Below, piece by piece: positions 38,349 to 47,730 of a DNA stretch of 51,257 nucleotides. The notes beneath the pieces were generated by a model that was not told the DNA's origin, made no database searches, and saw nothing but the letters and a program-made list of their open reading frames with translations. The number at the start of each line of letters is the position of its first letter. Position 1 is the first letter of the stretch. This stretch comes from an uncultured Mageeibacillus sp. Its GTDB lineage: Bacteria > Bacillota > Clostridia > Saccharofermentanales > DTU023. The position numbers were made by a program, and so were the translations under genes. The stretch lies in contig CAZUWY010000002.1 of assembly GCA_964624395.1 (NCBI GenBank), forward strand, positions 1 to 51,257, read 5' to 3'.

Positions 38349-39053
38349 TCAGCGGGCATTAAAGATTTGATCCAGATGTCTGACCACGCGGGATAAAGGA
38401 AGGCCCATAACATTATAATAATCACCCTTAATGCCGGCGATAAAAACAGCCCCCTGATCTTGGATACCGTAAGCTCCTGCTTTATCTAAAGCTTCGCCGC
38501 TGCCGGCATAGGCTTTGATTCTTTGCTGCAAGGCAAAATCGAGCGGCAGAAATTCAACCTCAGTCGTCGAGACAAAACTCTCCCGGCCCTCAATTTCATA
38601 AGCTGCCGACAGCTGCAGCAGCGCGACACCCGTGTGCACCAGATGAGTCTTGCCGGCCAGTAAAAGCAGCATTTCCTCCGCCTCTTTTATATCTTTGGGC
38701 TTGCCTAAGATCAGATCTTCCAGGCAGACAATGGTATCAGCGCCCAAAAGTAAAAGTTTTTCCTCGCTGTTATCTTGTTCTTTAAGCCGGGATTGCTCCT
38801 TTTTAGCCCGAATAATCTCCCTTTGCAGCTCTGAGGAAGAAAGTTTGACAATAACTGCTGCTGCCTTAACTTCGGCCAATTTCTGCACCAGCATTTTTTG
38901 CCCGGCTGAACTTGTGGGAAAAGATTTTTCCCCTGCCAGCTCAGCTTGAATCCTGCCCTCGTCCACTGAAGCGGCAGAGACAATAAAAGGGTAGCCGCTC
39001 ATCGACAAAAGCTCCCTTCTGCGGGGTGATTTACTGGCCAAAATAATTATCAT
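38349..39053 (-). CDS. maf: Maf-family nucleoside triphosphate pyrophosphatase
   Basis: The start is probably the ATG at 39053 (MIIILASKSPRRRELL). Motifs GADTIV, GKP.D..EA, DKAGAYGIQ, GDYYNVMGLP. Contains a ~30-aa insert (see findings). Confidence 0.85.
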   Translation of the reverse strand: MIIILASKSPRRRELLSMSGYPFIVSAASVDEGRIQAELAGEKSFPTSSAGQKMLVQKLAEVKAAAVIVKLSSSELQREIIRAKKEQSRLKEQDNSEEKLLLLGADTIVCLEDLILGKPKDIKEAEEMLLLLAGKTHLVHTGVALLQLSAAYEIEGRESFVSTTEVEFLPLDFALQQRIKAYAGSGEALDKAGAYGIQDQGAVFIAGIKGDYYNVMGLPLSRVVRHLDQIFNAR

Positions 39054-39126
39054 AAGCTGATTATAAGCCAAAGTTAAAGGCAAGGCAGAAATAATAATCT
39101 TAGGTAAATCTAGTATAATAAATTTA

Positions 39127-39870
39127 ATGGTTAAATTTGAGAGGACAAAGATCTGGTCTCATCGCGGAGATACCGAGCACCATGCTGAAAACACGATGCC
39201 GGCCTTCATAGAGGCTCTAAAGATTGGTGTTGACGGTATTGAGCTCGATGTTCAGCGCAGTCTGGACGGGGAGCTGGTGATTTGCCATGATGAAAATCTC
39301 AGTCGCCTGGCAGGCCAAGAGATTGAAATTGCCAAAACAAATTGGTCCGTGCTGAGGAAGATAAATATTGCTGCCTACAAGGGGCAAAGAGAAAGACTTC
39401 CTCTTTTGTCTGAAGTCTTGGCACTCTTGCAGGATACAAAGCTAGATTTAAATCTTGAGCTTAAAAACAGCATTGTCGATTATCCCGGCCTGGAAGAAGA
39501 TATTATGCAGCTAACCCGAAAAAGCAAAATGGAGGAGCGCATAATCTATTCCAGCTTCAACACCAAAAGTGTAATCAGACTCTGCCAGCTGACTGATCCT
39601 GACCGTTGCGCACTGCTTTTGGCCTATCTTCTGACCCGTCCTGTCTGGCTTGCTGAAAATCTCGGCTTAAAACGGCTCAATCCGCATTATAAAATCTTGA
39701 AAATTCCCGGCTACGCTGCTCTTTGCCAGCGTAGTAATATTCAGCTTATCAGCTGGACTGTCAATCGAAAAAAAGATATTGAACTGATGTTAAAAAAGCA
39801 AGTCTTTGCCATAATTTCAGACTATCCCAGGCTGGCCCTATCACTTGCCCGGGAATTTAAGCAGCAGTAA
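39127..39870 (+). CDS. Glycerophosphodiester phosphodiesterase (GDPD family)
   Basis: 247 aa with HRGD...ENT..AF, GVDGIELDV and LVICHD motifs. Confidence 0.85.
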   Translation: MVKFERTKIWSHRGDTEHHAENTMPAFIEALKIGVDGIELDVQRSLDGELVICHDENLSRLAGQEIEIAKTNWSVLRKINIAAYKGQRERLPLLSEVLALLQDTKLDLNLELKNSIVDYPGLEEDIMQLTRKSKMEERIIYSSFNTKSVIRLCQLTDPDRCALLLAYLLTRPVWLAENLGLKRLNPHYKILKIPGYAALCQRSNIQLISWTVNRKKDIELMLKKQVFAIISDYPRLALSLAREFKQQ

Positions 39871-42800
39871 TCAATTGAGCAAAGGATCCTTTTTGGGCTC
39901 CTCCTCTGCCGTCAAAAACAGTTTCCTGATCTTCTCTGCCGCCTCCCTTGGGTTTTTGCCCGCCGCCCGGTAGACTATCTGAGGCTTATGACCCGCCTGA
40001 AAGAGCAGTTGCTCTTTCTTCTTACTGGCGGACATAATGCGGGCCACCAGATCCATGTCCAATTCCGCTTCCTTGCCAAAATAAAAGACAATATCCTGAT
40101 CCCGGATCAAAACCCGTACAAAACCTGCCCGGCCCGCCAGAGAGCGAATATAGGCGATATCTAAAAGGGCAAGTGCTTCCGGCGGCAAGAGGCCGTAGCG
40201 GTCAGTCAGCTCATCTAAGACATCCCGGTAGTCTTTGCCGGTAGCAATATCAGCCACCCGCCTATACATATCTATGCGCTGACTTTCATCAGCAATAAAA
40301 GATGCGGGTAAAAAGGCATTGGTTTCAAACTCGATCAGGGCATGAGCCGGCGGCGGCTCAATCTCTTTGCCGCTCAGCTCCTTGACCGCTTCATCCATCA
40401 TTTTGCAGTAAAGATCATAGCCCACTGCCCCAAGATTGCCACTTTGCTCCGGGCCCAAAAGATTTCCTGCCCCTCTGACTTCCAGATCGCGCAGGGCGAT
40501 CTTAAAGCCCGACCCTAGTTCAGTGAAATCCCGGATAGCCACCAGCCGCTTTTCTGCCGCTTCGTTCAGCACCTTATCCTTTTCATAGGTGATATAGGCA
40601 TAGGCCTGTCTCTCCGAGCGCCCGACCCTGCCTCTGATCTGATACAGCTGGGCCAGGCCCAGTCTATCTGCCTGTTCGACAATGATGGTGTTGACATTGG
40701 GCATGTCAATACCGGACTCAATGATGGTCGTGCAAACTAAGACGTCGTAGTCTCCGGCAATAAAATCGGAGATTATCTGCTCCAGATGGCGCTCGGACAT
40801 TCTGCCATGGGCAGTGACAATACGAACATTAGGCATAATTTCTCGCAGCCTGGCAGCTCTGTTTTCGATTTTATAGGTATTGTTAAATAAGTAAAAACAC
40901 TGGCCGCCGCGGCCGGTCTCTCTGGAGATAGCTTCACTGGCAACCATTTCATCATATTCCATCACATAAGTTTGAATCGGTCGCCTGTCCTCCGGACCTT
41001 CCTCCAGCAGGGAGATATCTCTAATGCCGGATAAGGACATATGCAGTGTTCTAGGGATGGGGGTAGCGGTCAGGCTTAAGACATCCAGGGCCGGGTAATG
41101 CTCCTTGATCATTTCTTTATGGTCAACCCCGAAACGCTGTTCTTCATCAATAACCAAAAGGCCCAGATCGGAAAAATTCACATCTTTGGACAGTAGCCGG
41201 TGGGTGCCTACGACCGCATCAATGCTGCCCGCCGCTAAATCCTTCAGTATCTGTTTTTGCTCATTTTCAGGGACGAAGCGGCTGAGCATTTTAATATTGG
41301 CGGGAAAATCGCCCATCCGCTCCTGCAGCTTGCTGAAATGCTGCTGGGTCAGGACTGTAGTTGGCGCCAGCAGGGCGGCCTGGCGGCCATCCATAATGCA
41401 TTTGAAGATTGCCCGAAAGCACACCTCTGTCTTGCCAAAGCCGACATCACCGCAGAGCAGTCGATCCATTACAAAGGGTTCTTCCATATCCTTTTTTATT
41501 TCCGCGATCACACGCAGCTGATCTACTGTCTCCTCATAGGGAAAAGCAGTTTCAAACTCTTGCTGCCAGACTGTATCAGGAGAAAAAGCATAACCTTTAA
41601 TCTGCCTTCTTTTCGCATAGAGAGCGATAAGATCGGTGGCCAGTTTTTTGATCGACTCTCTGGCCTTGCTTTTTTGCCTCTCCCATTCCGTGCCTCCCAG
41701 CTTGGACAGTCGTGGCTTTCTTTCCTCCGTGCTGATGTATTTACGGATCTGATCAAGGGCATCAACTGGAATATACAGATCGCCGTCGGCGTATTTTAAA
41801 TGCAGATAATCTCTCTCCCCACTGGAGCTGCGGATTTTTTTCAGATTCTGGTATCGGGCGATGCCATGATCTTCATGAACCACCAGTTCGCCGGGGTTGA
41901 GGTCGGAAAAAAAGCTGATACTCGTGCCCCCGCTGTACCTGCGCCTTCGGACCGGCTTGTCGATGCCAAACAAATCTTCCGAGCCCAGAATGGAAATCTT
42001 GCCTTCAGGCCAAAAGAAGCCAGAAATTAAAACCTCATCCGAAACAAAGATCTGCTTTAATCTGTTTTCTTTTAAATGCTTGTTCATCTGCTCCTGGCGG
42101 CTTGAAGAGCCGGTGAACAAAGCTATCTCAGTAGAGGTATTTTGCCAGCTGGAAAAATCTGTCCACAGATTATTCTCCCGCCCCTTATAGTGATCTTGCG
42201 CCCTGCCGCCGAGTTTGAATTTTTTGGCCCCGGGCAGACCGTTGCCAGCTGCAGATATTTGTGCTGTTGAGATAAAAGTCTTCTTTTGATCGATCAAGAT
42301 CCGCACGGCAGTGGGATTTCCTCTGGCTTCACTCGTCAAAGGCACAGCCTGTCCCTTGATTAGATATGAACTCATCTCTTCCAGCCAGAGGGCATGAGCA
42401 GCATCTAGCTGCCTGCTAAATTTTGCCGGTTCATCCAGCCAGAATCTGGTGGCAGGGGCGGCATAATCAAAAAGCGAGGAGAATTCTTTATATATGAGCG
42501 GCAGCCAGCGGTCGAGCGCGGCAAAAGGCATCTTGCTTTCCAGCCGCTCGGCATCCCTGATCCCTAATTGCCGCAGCCGTTCGTATTCTTCTCTGCCCCC
42601 GCCCCGCTTAAGGATGCCAGCAGCCGCTTCCTCACTTTCCTCTCTAATTTTTTGTGCCAGCTCCTCTGCAGATATTTCCTGGAAAAGAATCTCTTTGGTG
42701 GGCAAAATCTGATAAGAGAGGACATTTTCAATTGAGCGCTGCGTTTCCAGATCAATCAAGCGCAGGCTGTCTATTTCTATGTCAAAAAAGGAAATGCGCA

Positions 42801-43509
42801 GCCCGATAGGCAATAATTCAGCCGCTGGAGAGGCAATGATCACATCGATGACATCACCCTTTCTAGCAAATTCTCCCGGCTGCTCCGCCAGCCGGACTCT
42901 CTCATAACCAGCTGCCAGCAAGCGTTCAGACACTTCTTCCGGATCTATTCTATCTCCCTGGGCAAGCTTGATCCCGGCTGAAGCAAAAAGATCAGGGGGC
43001 GGCAATCTATCCAAAAGTGCAGCGGCGGGAACAACCAGTCCTTTATAATCAGCTTGAAGAAGCCGCTGCAAGATAGCCAGCCTTCGCCTTTCCGTCTCCC
43101 TGGACGCTGCTCTGGCATCAAGCAGGTACAGCTCCCTGGTTCCAAAGACAAAAATCTCTTCTCCCAAAAATGCTCTCAACTCCTGGGCAGCCAGTCTGGC
43201 TCTGCTTTCATCGGGCACCAGCACCCAGAACGGTAGTTTCTCCTTTTGATAAACCAGGGCCTGGAGAAAAGATTTTTGCGGATCAGAAGGTCCCGCTAAA
43301 TTTACTGCCTGATGGGATGGAGCAAGAGCTGATTTTTGACTTGCTTTTTTAGTGATGAAAGTTAAAAAGGAGGAAAAATCCGGATCAAGAGCTGCCTTTT
43401 CCAGCCACAGCTCGAGAGGCGGGGCATTGTTCCTGCCTGTACCCTCTTGAGCGGGATAATTTGCACTTGGCTGAGATGGTTGTTTTTTTTGCGCTTGACT
43501 TGCCATCAA
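39871..43509 (-). CDS. mfd: Transcription-repair coupling factor Mfd
   Basis: 1212 aa with a UvrB-homology N-terminus, CarD/RNAP-interaction domain, SF2 helicase motifs (GDVGFGKTEV, DEEQRFGV) and a TRG motif. Immediately downstream of pth. Confidence 0.93.
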   Translation of the reverse strand: MMASQAQKKQPSQPSANYPAQEGTGRNNAPPLELWLEKAALDPDFSSFLTFITKKASQKSALAPSHQAVNLAGPSDPQKSFLQALVYQKEKLPFWVLVPDESRARLAAQELRAFLGEEIFVFGTRELYLLDARAASRETERRRLAILQRLLQADYKGLVVPAAALLDRLPPPDLFASAGIKLAQGDRIDPEEVSERLLAAGYERVRLAEQPGEFARKGDVIDVIIASPAAELLPIGLRISFFDIEIDSLRLIDLETQRSIENVLSYQILPTKEILFQEISAEELAQKIREESEEAAAGILKRGGGREEYERLRQLGIRDAERLESKMPFAALDRWLPLIYKEFSSLFDYAAPATRFWLDEPAKFSRQLDAAHALWLEEMSSYLIKGQAVPLTSEARGNPTAVRILIDQKKTFISTAQISAAGNGLPGAKKFKLGGRAQDHYKGRENNLWTDFSSWQNTSTEIALFTGSSSRQEQMNKHLKENRLKQIFVSDEVLISGFFWPEGKISILGSEDLFGIDKPVRRRRYSGGTSISFFSDLNPGELVVHEDHGIARYQNLKKIRSSSGERDYLHLKYADGDLYIPVDALDQIRKYISTEERKPRLSKLGGTEWERQKSKARESIKKLATDLIALYAKRRQIKGYAFSPDTVWQQEFETAFPYEETVDQLRVIAEIKKDMEEPFVMDRLLCGDVGFGKTEVCFRAIFKCIMDGRQAALLAPTTVLTQQHFSKLQERMGDFPANIKMLSRFVPENEQKQILKDLAAGSIDAVVGTHRLLSKDVNFSDLGLLVIDEEQRFGVDHKEMIKEHYPALDVLSLTATPIPRTLHMSLSGIRDISLLEEGPEDRRPIQTYVMEYDEMVASEAISRETGRGGQCFYLFNNTYKIENRAARLREIMPNVRIVTAHGRMSERHLEQIISDFIAGDYDVLVCTTIIESGIDMPNVNTIIVEQADRLGLAQLYQIRGRVGRSERQAYAYITYEKDKVLNEAAEKRLVAIRDFTELGSGFKIALRDLEVRGAGNLLGPEQSGNLGAVGYDLYCKMMDEAVKELSGKEIEPPPAHALIEFETNAFLPASFIADESQRIDMYRRVADIATGKDYRDVLDELTDRYGLLPPEALALLDIAYIRSLAGRAGFVRVLIRDQDIVFYFGKEAELDMDLVARIMSASKKKEQLLFQAGHKPQIVYRAAGKNPREAAEKIRKLFLTAEEEPKKDPLLN

Positions 43510-43515
43510 AAAATC

Positions 43516-44124
43516 TCAATTGTATCTGCTTTGAGCCAGCTCTAAACCCGAGGAAAGTAAAGTTTCCACAGCCTCACTGGCATGATTTAGGGACAGCTCC
43601 ACTTCTTTGCTTTTGCTTACAGGGATATCTGCCAGGACAATTTCAACCATATCCCCCTCCGGCCTCGGACCCATACCTATCCTGACACGATAGAACTCAT
43701 CGCTGCCCAGATGCCTGATCACAGACTTAAGCCCCTTATGGCTGCCGGCACTTCCTTGCTCGCGCAGTCTTATCTTACCGGTATTAATATCGATATCGTC
43801 CAGCAAAACTATGATTTTTTCCGGCCCAATCTTATAATAAGAGGCGGCTTGCTGTAAGCTCAGCCCGCTGTTGTTCATATAGGTCATGGGTTTTAACAAG
43901 ATAACTTTTTGCCCGGCTATTAGCCCTTGCCCCATCAAGCCCCCGAAGCGCAGGCGATCAATCTTAATACCGTGCCGCTGAGCCAGAAGGTCAAGCGCCA
44001 GATAGCCCAAATTATGCCAGCTTTTTTCGTATTTTCTGCCCGGATTGCCAAGGCCTGCAATCAGCCATCGCTGGGCGGGCGGCTCTTTGACTCTGTCTTT
44101 TTTCTTTTTCTGCCACCAGCTCAT
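43516..44124 (-). CDS. pth: Peptidyl-tRNA hydrolase
   Basis: 202 aa with LIAGLGNPG...SWHNLGY. Carries a ~19-aa basic N-terminal extension with no alternative start visible. Confidence 0.88.
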   Translation of the reverse strand: MSWWQKKKKDRVKEPPAQRWLIAGLGNPGRKYEKSWHNLGYLALDLLAQRHGIKIDRLRFGGLMGQGLIAGQKVILLKPMTYMNNSGLSLQQAASYYKIGPEKIIVLLDDIDINTGKIRLREQGSAGSHKGLKSVIRHLGSDEFYRVRIGMGPRPEGDMVEIVLADIPVSKSKEVELSLNHASEAVETLLSSGLELAQSRYN

Positions 44125-44125
44125 A

Positions 44126-45481
44126 CTATCTCCTGCGCAAAGCCCAGTTTTTTAATATTTCCATATTGCTGCGCCCGATGGCCAGTGAATTACTGGGCAC
44201 ATCTCCGGTCACAACACTGCCGGCGGCAACATAGCTGTTTTTCATCAGGCGAATCGGTCCAATCAGGCAGGACTGACTGCCGACAAAACTGTGATTTTCA
44301 ATTATTATTTCCGATTTCGCCTTGCCGCTGTCTGAAGCAAAGCTGACCTGTGCGCCGATGGTAACCGCTTCACCGATCACGGCCATATTGATAACAGTCT
44401 GGGGGTAAATATGGCAGTTTTCCCCCAGATGCGAATTTTTAATCTCAACAAAGCTATCTATGACTGTTCCGGCGCCAATCTCCACTCCACCGCCCAGATT
44501 GACCCAGGGCCCTATCTGGCAGTCCCTGTCAATGGAAGCTTGCCCGGAATTAGTCCGATCCACGATTGTATTGTCACCTATATAGGTAAAATCGAGCATG
44601 GTGTCCGGCCCGATCAGGCAGTTTTCGCCGATAACACAGCCGTTTTTAATTCTTGTGCCCGGCAAAATAACCGTGTCCATACCGATAGTGACATTGTCAT
44701 CAATCCAGATCGTAGCCGGATCCATAATCGTCACACCCTGAGACATCAGATGGTCAAGTATGCGCTCGTTCAACTCTTTAGCTGCCAGCACCAGATCTTT
44801 TCTGCTGCAGATCTTAAAAAACTCCAGCGGATCGATATTTTTGGTCTTCACTTTGATCCCTTGCCTGACCATGATCTCTATTACGTCGGTGAGGGGGAAA
44901 TGGCCTGCTTCATGCTCTTCAATTAGGCCCATCGCTTGATACAAAAGCTCGGTATCGAAACAGTAGATACCGCTGTTGACCTCTTGGATCTTGCTTTCTT
45001 CTTCATCGGCCTCCTGATCTTCTACAATGGCTATAAACCGGCCTTGATCGTCTCTAATAATGCGGCCGTAGCCTGTGGGGTCCAAAACTTCAGCTGTTAG
45101 CACCAAAGCGCCGCAGTCCTCCTCCTCAAAGCTCTGCAAGAGGCCAGAGATGGTTTGTGGTCTAATCAGAGGGGTGTCCCCGGCCAGGACAACGGTTGCA
45201 CCTTCTCTTTGATACAGGAAAGGCTCTGCCTGTAAGACCGCATGACCGGTACCAAGGGGGGTATCTTGCAGGGCAAAGGCAACTGCTTCGCCCAATTCTT
45301 CGCGCACCTTTTCCTGGCGGTAGCTGACAATATACATTTGCTCATGTATGCCCACCTGATCCAGAACTTTTTTCACCCAGCTGACCACTGGTTTACCAGC
45401 CAGACCAAGCAGGATTTTAGTGTCTTTTGTGCACATTTTGTCATCTTCTGAAGCAGCTAGAATGATGGCACAGTTTTCCAT
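44126..45481 (-). CDS. GlmU-like protein (nucleotidyltransferase plus left-handed beta-helix acetyltransferase architecture) with atypical active-site motifs
   Basis: Start moved to the ATG at 45481 (GGGGGGAAAT upstream). GlmU-like LGTGHAV, LAGDTPLI, DPTGYGRI, EVNSGIY and hexapeptide repeats are present. However, LAAGxGTRM is replaced by LAASEDDKM (see findings). Confidence 0.7.
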   Translation of the reverse strand: MENCAIILAASEDDKMCTKDTKILLGLAGKPVVSWVKKVLDQVGIHEQMYIVSYRQEKVREELGEAVAFALQDTPLGTGHAVLQAEPFLYQREGATVVLAGDTPLIRPQTISGLLQSFEEEDCGALVLTAEVLDPTGYGRIIRDDQGRFIAIVEDQEADEEESKIQEVNSGIYCFDTELLYQAMGLIEEHEAGHFPLTDVIEIMVRQGIKVKTKNIDPLEFFKICSRKDLVLAAKELNERILDHLMSQGVTIMDPATIWIDDNVTIGMDTVILPGTRIKNGCVIGENCLIGPDTMLDFTYIGDNTIVDRTNSGQASIDRDCQIGPWVNLGGGVEIGAGTVIDSFVEIKNSHLGENCHIYPQTVINMAVIGEAVTIGAQVSFASDSGKAKSEIIIENHSFVGSQSCLIGPIRLMKNSYVAAGSVVTGDVPSNSLAIGRSNMEILKNWALRRR

Positions 45482-45632
45482 ATTTCCCCCCATCTATGTT
45501 TTGACATAACTCTAGCCCTGCTGCGCTTCGCCCCAGGGTTGTATGGTAAAAATTCAGCTAAGCCAAAAGGCCAGATGCCTCTCAATTCATTTCTGATTAT
45601 AGCATGCAAAAGATCAGGACAGGCAGCTAAAC

Positions 45633-46097
45633 TTATTTGTGATAAGGTTCGTTAGCAGCGATGCGAAAGGCCCGATAGCACTGTTCCAGCAAGATCAGCC
45701 GGCTCAATTGATGGGTGAAAGTTAGATCGGAAAGGGAAAGGCGGTAATCTGCCCTCTCTAAAACTTCAGCAGCAAGGCCGGTGGCTCCGCCGATAGCAAA
45801 AATGATTTCACTGCCACCTTTTTCCAGCCAGCCAGGCAAAAGAGTGGCCAGATCTTCGGAGCTGTGTTTTTTGCCTTGAGGATCGAGAGCGACGAGAAAA
45901 GACCTGTCTTTGATGCGGCTTAAAATCGCTTTACCTTCGCGCAGACGAGCGACGGCGGGATTGATCTGATCGGGAAAGTCTGCAACATCTACCAGCTCAA
46001 CTTGAGCATAGCGACGGAGGCGTTTTATGTATTCTTCAATACCGGAACGCAGCCATTTTTCTTTTATTTTGCCCGGAGATATTATTTTGATCTTCAT
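45633..46097 (-). CDS. rlmH: 23S rRNA (pseudouridine1915-N3)-methyltransferase RlmH (SPOUT)
   Basis: 154 aa with MKIKIISPGKIKEKW.. and C-terminal LSLSDLTFTHQL.RL.L.EQ.YRA. Confidence 0.88.
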   Translation of the reverse strand: MKIKIISPGKIKEKWLRSGIEEYIKRLRRYAQVELVDVADFPDQINPAVARLREGKAILSRIKDRSFLVALDPQGKKHSSEDLATLLPGWLEKGGSEIIFAIGGATGLAAEVLERADYRLSLSDLTFTHQLSRLILLEQCYRAFRIAANEPYHK

Positions 46098-47401
46098 CAG
46101 CCTGCATGATTAATTTCACTGACAGCAGCGTCAGCTGCACTGGTTTTTCTCTCTATCCTGGCGCCCAGACTGATCATTTTGTCAATAAAATTTTCATAGC
46201 CGCGTTCAATCAATTCCACATCGGTAATCTCAGTGCGGCCTTGAGCAATCAGGCCAGCCATCACCATGGCTGCACCCGCTCTCAAATCGTGGGCCTTAAC
46301 CCTTCTACCCACAAAGCTGCTGATACCGCTGATGAAGGCTGTGCGCCCCTCTGTGACAATACTGGCGCCCATGGAGCGCAAATCGTTCATATACTGGAAA
46401 CGGTTATTCCAGACATTTTCAATCAATTTGCCTGTTCCTTCAGCCTGTGTGAGCAGGACTGCAATCTGGGGCTGCATATCTGTCGGAAAGCCGGGATGGG
46501 GCGCGGTAACAAAATTGGTAGCCTTGAGCTTAAAGCCGTTCTCAAGAGAAATTCTCAGGCTGTCCTCAGCTGTCTCAATTTTGCAGCCCATCTCTCTCAT
46601 CTTGGCCACCAGCGCATCCAAATGGCTGGGAATGATATTTCTCAGTCTGACATCTCCGCCTGTCAAAGCTGCCATCGCCATAAATGTACCTGCTTCAATC
46701 TGATCGGGAATGATGGCGTAGCTGCCCTCTTTTCGTAAAACCGGCCGCCCGTTGATACGGATGGCATCAGTTCCGGCACCGTGGATGCTCGCCCCCATGC
46801 TGTTGAGGAAATTAGCCATATCTACTACATGCGGTTCTTTGGCGGCATTATAGATCACAGTTGTTCCTTCAGCTCTGACCGCAGCCAAGATAAGATTAAT
46901 CGTGGCCCCTACGCTGACAACATCCATGAAAACATTTTTGCCGCTCAGCTTGTCCGCCTTGCAGGAGATAATATCTCCCTCTTCTTTGACTTCAGCGCCC
47001 AGGCGGCTAAAGCCTTTCAAATGCAAATCAATGGGCCGGCAGCCAAAGTTACAGCCTCCCGGCATTTTAAGTCTGGCCTCGCCAAATCTTCCCAAAAGTG
47101 CGCCCAGCAGATAATAAGAGCCGCGCAGTCTTCCTACCTGATCAGAAATCGCTGTGGTGGTATTGACAGTGCTGCTGTCCACCAAAACTGTGCCACCGGG
47201 CAGGAGCTCAACTCCGGCACCGATTGACTTCATGATCTCTAACAAGGTTAAGATATCTTCTATGACGGGGATATTTTCTATTCTGTACTGGCCTTCCAAG
47301 AGCATACTGGCAGCCAGTACAGGCAGGGCTGCATTCTTGGCGCCGCTGATCCGAATTTCTCCCCTTAGGCTTTGACCGCCTTCAATAATATACGAATTCA
47401 C
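46097..47401 (-). CDS. murA: UDP-N-acetylglucosamine 1-carboxyvinyltransferase
   Basis: Motifs ISGAKNAALP and active-site loop PGGCNFGCRPIDLH. The preferred start is GTG at 47401 (AGAGGT 5 nt upstream, giving VNSYIIEGG...). The track ORF extends to a TTG at 47455. Confidence 0.9.
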   Translation of the reverse strand: MNSYIIEGGQSLRGEIRISGAKNAALPVLAASMLLEGQYRIENIPVIEDILTLLEIMKSIGAGVELLPGGTVLVDSSTVNTTTAISDQVGRLRGSYYLLGALLGRFGEARLKMPGGCNFGCRPIDLHLKGFSRLGAEVKEEGDIISCKADKLSGKNVFMDVVSVGATINLILAAVRAEGTTVIYNAAKEPHVVDMANFLNSMGASIHGAGTDAIRINGRPVLRKEGSYAIIPDQIEAGTFMAMAALTGGDVRLRNIIPSHLDALVAKMREMGCKIETAEDSLRISLENGFKLKATNFVTAPHPGFPTDMQPQIAVLLTQAEGTGKLIENVWNNRFQYMNDLRSMGASIVTEGRTAFISGISSFVGRRVKAHDLRAGAAMVMAGLIAQGRTEITDVELIERGYENFIDKMISLGARIERKTSAADAAVSEINHAG

Positions 47402-47655
47402 AAATACCTCTTGCCATCGTTTAGGTCCGGTTAATGTTAACCGATTGCCAGCCAATTGGCAAATCTTATAACTTTTACCTTCAACAATATTCCCGCTAAA
47501 AGTGATAGTTGTATCTTTAATAATTAGCTGCGCTAAGCCCTTATTTTACTAGATCTTAGCCCCCTTTCAGCCAGATGTCTCGGCTCCTCTCACATAGCTT
47601 TACAACTGCTGCAGGCAGCAGTGGTTATTAAAATACTGCTGTTATAAAAAGGAAT

Positions 47656-47704
47656 ATTTACCATGGTTAAGAAGCATTTACCAAGGTTAAGAAGCATTCA
47701 CCAG
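47656..47704. repeat. 20-bp tandem direct repeat, 2.4 copies, non-coding
   Basis: ATTTACCATGGTTAAGAAGC / ATTTACCAAGGTTAAGAAGC / ATTCACCAG. Stop codons in all frames. Lies between the ABC exporter stop and murA. Confidence 0.8.
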
Positions 47705-47730
47705 AGCCGGGGCAAAAGTAAAAGCAGGCA

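Noticed and set aside
43516-44124. Basic N-terminal extension of Pth (MSWWQKKKKDRVKEPPAQRW...) and a ~40-aa N-terminal extension of Mfd.
   Set aside because: No alternative in-frame start with a better RBS is visible. The extensions carry no recognisable domain. They are likely lineage-specific tails of little consequence.
45494-45632. Imperfect hairpin CCCTGGGGCGAAGCGCAGCAGGG in the leader of the GlmU-like gene, considered as a riboswitch or attenuator. A TGcTATAAT extended -10 lies ~100 nt upstream of the start.
   Set aside because: It is a single short hairpin without a U-tract or alternative pairing, and it has no resemblance to glmS or other known cell-wall-related RNA elements. It is insufficient for a call.
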